Part shown: in pieces, positions 58,458-64,000 of the stretch | How the letters are laid out: each line of letters begins with the position of its first letter | How positions within the stretch are numbered: the stretch's first letter is position 1 | Source of the DNA: an uncultured Bacteroidales bacterium | GTDB taxonomy: Bacteria > Bacteroidota > Bacteroidia > Bacteroidales > GCA-2748055 | Reading direction: 5' to 3' | DNA: 64,000 bases | NCBI GenBank assembly: GCA_963771005.1 | Contig: CAVYRO010000002.1 | Coordinates: 1,550,299 to 1,614,298, forward strand | Notes under the pieces: generated by a model | Databases searched by the model: none | Told to the model about the DNA's origin: nothing | The model's input: only the letters and a program-made list of their open reading frames with translations | Made by a program: the position numbers and the translations under genes

Positions 58458-58645
58458 GAAATCTTATCTTTGGGGGGTGCAGTTGGCCGAAGGCTTACCG
58501 TAAAAATTGGGATGGTGAGCAACTCTCGCGCTATCTGTGCGCTGGAGATCCCCAAGGTTTTAGCCAGTTACTATTGCGTAATGAATAAGGATCATTCACT
58601 CAGTTGAACTAAAAGTGAATATTAATCGTTAAATTTACGGAAACA

Positions 58646-58909
58646 ATGTTACAGGAAATCATGAACACAGCAGCATTAAAAAAAGAGCTTCACAGCTATA
58701 TTGAGAAAGCGGATGAAAGGTTCCTGAAAATGGTTCATGCATTAGCTAAGAGTTATGAGGATGAAGAAGATATTGTTGGTTATGAAGCCGATGGTAGCCC
58801 AATAACAAAGGAAGCCCTTATAAAAGAAGCAAGAGAAGCTTCTGCACAAGTTAAGTCCGGGAATTACATCACCCAGGAAGACCTGGAAAAAGAGATAAAA
58901 AATTGGTAA
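58646..58909 (+). CDS. antitoxin of the RelE/ParE module (intact copy)
   Basis: 87 aa and acidic. It overlaps the toxin start (ATGGTAA-type overlap) and is a paralog of 52688-52924. Confidence 0.55.
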   Translation: MLQEIMNTAALKKELHSYIEKADERFLKMVHALAKSYEDEEDIVGYEADGSPITKEALIKEAREASAQVKSGNYITQEDLEKEIKNW

Positions 58910-59220
58910 GGAAAAAACTTCCCGTTCGATGGTCCCCAAAAGCTAAGCAGAGGCTTGATAATATCTACGACTATATTGCTAAAGACTCAGTAAGTGCGGC
59001 CAGATATGTTAAAAAGTCTCTGGTTCAATTAGGAGGAAGTCTGGGACACTTCCCGGAAAAATACTCCAGAGAAGAATACCTGGCTGATGAACCGAAAAAC
59101 TACCGGTCGGTATCCAAGTGGCGATACAAGATTATTTATGAGGTAACTGACGAGTATGTGAATATCATTACCCTCTTTAATACCAGTCAACATCCTTCCA
59201 AAATAAAAAGAGACAAATAA
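58903..59220 (+). CDS. RelE/ParE-family toxin (intact copy)
   Basis: WSPKAKQRLDNIYDYIAKDS...YRSVSKWRYKIIYEVTDEYVNIITLFNTSQHP is a ParE/RelE pattern. Confidence 0.7.
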   Translation: MVRKKLPVRWSPKAKQRLDNIYDYIAKDSVSAARYVKKSLVQLGGSLGHFPEKYSREEYLADEPKNYRSVSKWRYKIIYEVTDEYVNIITLFNTSQHPSKIKRDK

Positions 59221-59254
59221 ACAATCCCCAGGCCTCCCCACCTCCAACCCTTCT

Positions 59255-59331
59255 GCAGCAGTTTTTTGTCCTGCCTTTTGCAGTTGCCGATTGCGCCGCG
59301 CATGGCAAAAGGCACGCCAAAAAACTGCTGC
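59255..59331. other. long imperfect hairpin conserved after both TA modules (only the left arm is present at 53256-53318)
   Basis: gcagcagttttttg pairs with ccaaaaaactgctgc. Inside it, tgccttttgc pairs with gcaaaaggca. Confidence 0.55.
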
Positions 59332-59696
59332 CCCGGGCAACGGCACATAATGTGTCCGTATATGCAACCCTCCGCTAAAAATAAGCTCCTACTTCCAACC
59401 GATATTTTTTCTTTTAACTGAAAACCCTCCCTGTAACGATGGGGCTGCACATACGGGAACATTATGTACCATTGCCACACCCGCCCCCACGCACGCCGAC
59501 CCTGCGCAGGCGGCACATTGCCAGGCCCCGCAAGGCCATACCCGCAGGGACCTAGAGCCTGTCAAAGAGCCGCCTGCCGGCCGGAAGACCCGCAAGCAGC
59601 ACCGGCAAAAGCAAGCCATCGCGCTAATGCCCTCCCCGGATTGCTTTTACCGGAGCTGCCGCGGAGAAATTACCTTCGAACCTGGATTAATCGCTT

Positions 59697-59909
59697 CATT
59701 TTAACCACTTAGAGCAAAGGTAAAGCCACCGGCCATACCCGCGCAAGGTCAAGCCCGTTGGGTTTTGGAGAAAAAATTTTATGTCGGTTTAACCGGGGAT
59801 AATCCAGGAAACGAAGATCCCTGATGCTAACGAAACCTGTAAAAATTTTTTCACCAAAAACCTTGCCTGCCCCCGCTGGCTTTGGAGGTTGCCTAAGTGG
59901 TTAAAAATG
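59697..59909. promoter_or_regulatory. inverted-repeat-flanked 180-bp segment (candidate invertible promoter or closing helix of a structured RNA)
   Basis: The left IR is cattttaaccacttagagcaa (59697-59717). The right IR, reverse-complemented, is catttttaaccacttaggcaa (59889-59909). The core 12-mer is perfect. A TACCTTTG (TAnnTTTG) box lies on the minus strand at 59715-59722, just inside the left IR. Confidence 0.3.
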
Positions 59910-60046
59910 CAGTGTTCTGTTCAAATAATCCGGGAAAGGAACGGAAGTTTTTTCTTTTAATTGAGATAACTGAAAACGGAAAACTTTTTCAGCTAAAGAC
60001 TTCAATTAAAAGAAAAAATCGCTACTTTCGAGTAATAATAAACTTT

Positions 60047-61047
60047 ATGGGTTGCCTGAAACTTGCACGTAACGAAAAAAATGAACCTGTTTTGAGGTGC
60101 GTCTGGAAATCTTCCGGATGTTCAAAAATGGGCGTAAATTGGTATGATTACGGGGCCCGGATGTATGACCCGGCGCTGGGGAGGTGGCATGTCGCGGATC
60201 CATTGGCATTAAATGGTCATAGCCTGTCACCTTATAATTATTGCTTTAACAATCCGATCAATATGATTGATCTCTTGGACTGTGGCCTGGAGGTGGGAAT
60301 AACCGCCGTCATCCAACACTGGGATATAGGGGCTGTCATGGTGGCAAAAGTCGGCTTGGTGTCTTAGTTGATGGCGTTGGTGATTTTTTTAGTAAAGTGG
60401 GTAATACCATCAGTAGTAGTTTAGGTGGAGAAACGGATGGTGAATTTGGTTGGGGCAATATGGGATCTGAATTAATTGGTGGAGGATGGGCAGAACAACA
60501 ATTAGATCAAGCACTTTTATCAGCCCATTCGGAAGGGGAGAAAGAGGGTATAGCTGAAGATGCTCGAAGAACGGTTGAAACTCTAACTCGCAATGTGGGA
60601 GTTTATTATTATAAAAGGGATGAATTAAATAATCTGTTTCAGGGAATTGAAGATAATGCCAGTTCGGGAGGGGCTGGAGGAGACTTATCAAGTATGGGAG
60701 ATAATCCGCCAGACCACCCAGAATATAAAACGCCTAAAGGTGGAGATAGAAAAGTTAGAAATCCAAATGGAAAGGGGTCTGGTTGGATTGATAATAAAGG
60801 ACGAGTTTGGGTGCCAACTGACCACAAAGGAACACATGCTCCACATTGGGATAGGGAACTACCTGGCGGAGGGCACGAAAATGTATATCCATATATGAAT
60901 CCAGGTTTTAGTATTACTCCTGAGGATGTCTTAAGAGGATTAGTGATCGTAGGAGGTGCAGCAATAATTATTTTTGATATAGTAACGATACCCTCTGGGG
61001 AAGGTATGATTGGCGTTGAAATGATAAGAAGAGCTGTTGCTCCTTAA
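60047..61047 (+). pseudogene. orphan Rhs C-terminal cassette 2: core-end remnant plus toxin domain with G-W-x-D..W-x-P..H-x-P-H-W-D motif; 1-nt deletion near 60272
   Basis: MGCLKL...[45 protein letters not shown] is followed in the next frame by (P)LGLWPGGG...KGSGWIDNKGRVWVPTDHKGTHAPHWDRELPGGGHENVYP. A 30-nt run is identical to the main rhs gene (ggatgtatgacccggcgctggggaggtggcatgt). Confidence 0.6.
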
Positions 61048-61057
61048 ATTATGTGAT

Positions 61058-61633
61058 ATGATGAAATTTATAGAAAATTTTGAAGAATTGCTCCCCTATA
61101 ATAGGGAGCATTATATTGATTTTCTAGATGATGATTTTGATGCAGAGACAAAATGGTGTGCTGTTTCGCTTCAAATAAACAGTGAGAATGGAGAAACTAG
61201 TTTGTCCAAGTTTGTTGATGTTTTTGGATTGATTTTTAAGAATGTAGTATTAAAGCTTGACAACGGAGTTTCTTGGATTATAAACCATGATGATAAAGAC
61301 ATGAACTGGTTTCTTAATGACAAGGATAATTTAGAAGCTTTAAGAACCGTATTTAAAATAAATAATGTTCAAGATACTTTTAAGGGCTCGTTGATTCTTG
61401 AGAAAGAAAATCTATTAGAATTAGCACAGGATTTAATTTCATACCCATATGTTTTATCCTATAAGAATTTAGATATTTCACATAGTAAATTACAGTTTAT
61501 AATAAAAATAACCAGTCATTTGACTATTGATTTGTTGAGTACGGATAAAGAAGTTCTAAGAAAAATTGTTAAAGAAAACAGTTCTAGCAAAATCATAATA
61601 AAAGAATACAGAGGTACTTCACTTTGGACTTAG
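61058..61633 (+). CDS. candidate cytoplasmic immunity protein for cassette 2
   Basis: It begins 11 nt after the toxin stop, has no signal peptide and is acidic. A terminator follows it. Confidence 0.45.
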   Translation: MMKFIENFEELLPYNREHYIDFLDDDFDAETKWCAVSLQINSENGETSLSKFVDVFGLIFKNVVLKLDNGVSWIINHDDKDMNWFLNDKDNLEALRTVFKINNVQDTFKGSLILEKENLLELAQDLISYPYVLSYKNLDISHSKLQFIIKITSHLTIDLLSTDKEVLRKIVKENSSSKIIIKEYRGTSLWT

Positions 61634-61660
61634 ACTTAATTATTAAAGTGCGATATAACA

Positions 61661-61688
61661 GAAAAGCCCGATTGCTCGGGCTTTTTTT
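61661..61688. terminator. Rho-independent terminator (the same hairpin as 57502-57528 with the stem-loop flipped)
   Basis: gaaaagcccgattgctcgggcttttttt. Confidence 0.6.
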
Positions 61689-61694
61689 CATTCT

Positions 61695-61796
61695 TTAAAA
61701 TTTAGCTTTCCCATCCAATAAGTCTTTCATCCTTTTTTTAGTCAGCATAGAATTAATAATCTTAATCAGTGCATTTTTCTCATCTTCATCGAGTTG
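61695..61796 (-). pseudogene. 3' remnant of a minus-strand gene (..LDEDEKNALIKIINSMLTKKRMKDLLDGKAKF*), cut by cassette 3
   Basis: The reading frame is open only up to the breakpoint at about 61797. The tail resembles C-termini of XRE-type regulators. Confidence 0.3.
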
Positions 61797-62891
61797 GATA
61801 ATAAGGTCAGCGGCTCATCCTATGCTTCGATCTCCTATAATCCTCATTTTAACCTTCCGGTAAGCGTAACGGTGGATACCAAAACGTTGAGTTATTCCTA
61901 CGATGCCGGTGGGAAAAAGCTAAGATTTAACAACGGGGATAGTCAGAATGTCGATTATATTAATAACTTTGTTTATGAAGATGGTTCTTTGTCATATATA
62001 TTAACTTCTGAAGGCAGGATCGTCTATAACTCCGGATCGCTCTCCTGGCAATATTTTCTGAAAGACCACCTGGGCAATGTCAGGGTAGTAATCAATGAAA
62101 ACCAGGATATCGTTCAGGTGACGGATTATTATCCCTTTGGTCTTTCCCGGCCGGTTATCGGTGATGGCACCCAGAAATATCTTTATAACGGGAAGGAAGT
62201 GCAGGAGTATGCGGACTGGTATGATTATGGGAAGAGGTTTTATGATCCCAGTTTGGGCAGATGGCACGTGGTTGATCCGCTGAGTGAAAAATCCAGAAGA
62301 TGGTCGACTTACCAATATAGCTATAATAATCCTATTCGGTTTATTGATCCAGATGGTATGCTGCCTGGTGATCCAAATGATCCAATTACTTCATTATTTT
62401 ACTCAATTGTTGATTATTTTCATTTAAAACACGATCAAAATGAAGGAAATATTAGATCAGTTGGACAAACTGTCATGAATATGAAACCTACTGCAAACGA
62501 TTCAAAGGGAGAGGACATTGTTTCAATTAAAGTAGGAGGCAGTACAGGTAATAAAAATATCGTTCAAACAGGAGCTCAAGTAAAAGTTGCATTAAATGAG
62601 GATAAAGGTATAGTCACAACTGGTGAGATTCATGTTATTGCAGCAAGAACTTATGGAGCCTCTGCTGAAGCTTCGGTTTATGAGGAAAATGATGCTACAA
62701 CTCCTACCATTGAAACGGAAGTTGATGCTGGACCTACTACATCACCTTCCACACCTGAATTACCTGTTAAAGTTAATCCTAAAGCTCTTTTAAGAACTAT
62801 TAATGGAGCTATTGAAACTTTACAAAACTATTTTAATCAAAAAACAGATGAAATCACACATCCAGAGAAATATATTCAGAAAGAATGGTAA
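61794..62891 (+). CDS. orphan Rhs C-terminal cassette 3: about 380 nt near-identical to the main rhs core, plus a distinct CT toxin of unknown type
   Basis: 61800-62180 is near-identical to 55366-55745 (NKVSGSSYA.ISYN.HFNLPVSVTVDTKTLSYSYDAGGKKLRFNNGDSQNVDY...). The sequences then diverge: WYDYGKRFYDPSLGRWHVVDPL...NNPIRFIDPDGM plus 170 novel residues. Confidence 0.65.
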   Translation: MDNKVSGSSYASISYNPHFNLPVSVTVDTKTLSYSYDAGGKKLRFNNGDSQNVDYINNFVYEDGSLSYILTSEGRIVYNSGSLSWQYFLKDHLGNVRVVINENQDIVQVTDYYPFGLSRPVIGDGTQKYLYNGKEVQEYADWYDYGKRFYDPSLGRWHVVDPLSEKSRRWSTYQYSYNNPIRFIDPDGMLPGDPNDPITSLFYSIVDYFHLKHDQNEGNIRSVGQTVMNMKPTANDSKGEDIVSIKVGGSTGNKNIVQTGAQVKVALNEDKGIVTTGEIHVIAARTYGASAEASVYEENDATTPTIETEVDAGPTTSPSTPELPVKVNPKALLRTINGAIETLQNYFNQKTDEITHPEKYIQKEW

Positions 62892-62940
62892 TTACTTTTA
62901 TTACTTTATTCAAATAATATACTGGTATACCTTTGTTATA

Positions 62941-63393
62941 TTGGGAATTGTAATTATTTCTGATATAATAAGTTTTATTAACATGTTCAGTAAGAGTGAT
63001 TTTATTACATATTTATTTTTTCTCTTATTAATTTTAGCTGAAATCGTATTTATAATTGCAACAATTTGGCTAATTAATTATCAATTTTCCAAATATGCTT
63101 TCTATATAATATTAATTTTTTGGACTGCTCAAATCTTATTTTTTGGAATTAGGGGGAACGTATATAGTTTTACATCGGGAATTGAATTAGCTTTATATAT
63201 TAGATTTAATCCGCACTTTGATTTAGGTACTTTCTTTAATTTTTGGAGCAAAGAATTTAGAATTGAGCTTAATGCCAAAAGTCAGCGAGAATACTTTGGA
63301 ATAAATATTTTACCCTTAATACTGTCCATATCATTAGTATTTTTAAGAAAGAAATTAAAGAAGGAGTACTATTTACCTAATAAACAGCTTTAA
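62941..63393 (+). CDS. candidate polytopic membrane immunity protein for cassette 3
   Basis: It has four to five hydrophobic helices (ILGIVIISDIISFI, YLFFLLLILAEIVFIIATIWLI, AFYIILIFWTAQILFFGI, INILPLILSISLVFL). The start is uncertain: TTG at 62941, ATG at 62983, or the upstream ORF limit at 62803. Confidence 0.45.
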   Translation: MGIVIISDIISFINMFSKSDFITYLFFLLLILAEIVFIIATIWLINYQFSKYAFYIILIFWTAQILFFGIRGNVYSFTSGIELALYIRFNPHFDLGTFFNFWSKEFRIELNAKSQREYFGINILPLILSISLVFLRKKLKKEYYLPNKQL

Positions 63394-63398
63394 TTCAA

Positions 63399-64000
63399 TA
63401 TGCTTGAACTAGAGGCAAACTGGTACGATTACGGGAATAGATTCTACGATCCTGCTTTAGCCCGTTGGCATACACAAGATTTAATGGCTGAATTCTCTTA
63501 TGATCGACCACCATACAATTATGTTTCTAATAATCCAATTATTGCCTTCGATCCGGATGGGAACTTTGAAACTAAACTAGGAGCCTGGCTGTATAAAGTA
63601 TTTCACGGAGGTGTGGCAATTCGTCAAGATGAAGGAGGTGAATACTACGTTTACGAGCAAACTGAAAATGAAGAAGGCGCTGATATTACATTAAAGAAAA
63701 CATTTGACAGAAAAGGTAGAAGTGAAGGAAGAGATTTAAAACAAGAAGCTGCAGTAGAAGCCTATGAAACCCAATATAATTGGTCAATGGCTTTGGATGA
63801 GATGGGCGTCGAGTATTCATATACAAATGATCTAAGCGAAGCTAGGCAAAGTACAATTCAGGTAGCAGCTAATGTGTTATTACCAAATGCTTTAAAGACA
63901 ACAACGGCCGTTACAAATACAGCGAAAACTAGTATTAAAAGTGTAGACGATTTGCTCAGAGCTGCAGGGAAACTTGAAAAAGTAAGAGGTGCTGAGCAAG
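63399..64000 (+). CDS. orphan Rhs C-terminal cassette 4 (partial, runs off the window)
   Basis: MLELEANWYDYGNRFYDPALARWHTQDLMAEFSYDRPPYNYVSNNPIIAFDPDGN is followed by a novel CT. It is absent from the ORF track because no stop occurs before 64000. Confidence 0.6.

Larger units (their letters stand above)
57794..58505 (+). mobile_element. miniature, internally deleted IS66-family element
   Basis: The perfect 15-bp IR is GTAAGCCTTCGGCCA (57801) paired with TGGCCGAAGGCTTAC (58498). It extends to 22 bp with one mismatch. The element contains a TnpA-like orf1 and a TnpB N-terminus fused to a transposase C-terminal tail. Confidence 0.7.

Noticed and set aside
59255-59331. Integron attC site / TA gene cassette interpretation of the conserved hairpin after the TA modules.
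   Set aside because: I found no RYYYAAC / GTTRRRY core sites at the hairpin base. There is no intI integrase or attI in the window, and the hairpin is GC-rich and longer-stemmed than typical attC bottom-strand folds.
59029-59712. Four overlapping ORFs of 76-112 aa on both strands in the GC-rich segment.
   Set aside because: They are mutually overlapping, extremely rich in Arg, Pro, Ala, Cys and Gly, and lack sensible starts. This is better explained as non-coding GC-rich DNA.
53342-64000. Assignment of the Rhs array to a type VI secretion system.
   Set aside because: No Hcp, VgrG, PAAR, TssB/C or other T6SS genes occur in the window. The delivery route cannot be inferred from this sequence.
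1-64000. tRNA, rRNA, tmRNA or RNase P genes.
   Set aside because: I saw no cloverleaf-compatible GTTCRANYC T-loop context outside coding sequence and no rRNA-like conserved blocks. This was only a visual scan, so a tRNAscan/Infernal run should confirm it.

Overview
The window looks like chromosome from an anaerobic Bacteroidota-type organism. Supporting signs are a T9SS C-terminal sorting-domain remnant, a DUF6443-type Rhs protein, many Tat or lipoprotein signal peptides, glycoside hydrolases, outer-membrane barrels and a TAnnTTTG-style promoter box.

Bases 1-52.6 kb are mostly ordinary metabolism and envelope genes. They include a phosphoesterase, ppgK, penicillin acylase family, FadL-like and Omp85-like outer-membrane proteins, an SDR, a TPR histidine kinase, a K+/H+ antiporter, a GH29 fucosidase, an enolase-superfamily enzyme, cysK, a copper P-type ATPase, GH31, a HigBA-like TA pair, thioredoxin-fold proteins, a serine hydrolase and a Gfo/Idh/MocA oxidoreductase.

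Three things stand out:
1. 41.3-47.7 kb is one minus-strand operon. It combines a Qmo-like electron module (two HdrA-like flavoproteins, MvhD, and a membrane FeS subunit with six predicted TM helices) with TusA and two DsrE-family sulfur carriers. A divergent Crp/Fnr regulator and perfect palindromic operators sit upstream. No aprAB, sat or dsr genes are in view. This is my best candidate for an undescribed sulfur-relay/quinone-linked redox system.
2. 52.7-64 kb is a polymorphic-toxin island. It holds a 5'-truncated Rhs/YD gene with a YkuD-like C-terminal domain, three downstream orphan Rhs-CT plus immunity cassettes, two RelE/ParE TA modules (one decayed), a miniature IS66 remnant, a GC-rich ORF-free segment and an inverted-repeat-flanked 180-bp segment that could be an invertible promoter.
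3. A fluoride riboswitch precedes crcB and a DUF190 gene, but both genes carry single-base frameshifts.

The intergenic DNA carries several repeat families: 250-bp hairpin MITE-like elements, composite microsatellite blocks, and two REP-like palindrome families.

At least 11 single-nucleotide frameshifts are visible, several at short homopolymers. Assembly error must be excluded before any of them is called a pseudogene. I saw no tRNA, rRNA or CRISPR array.
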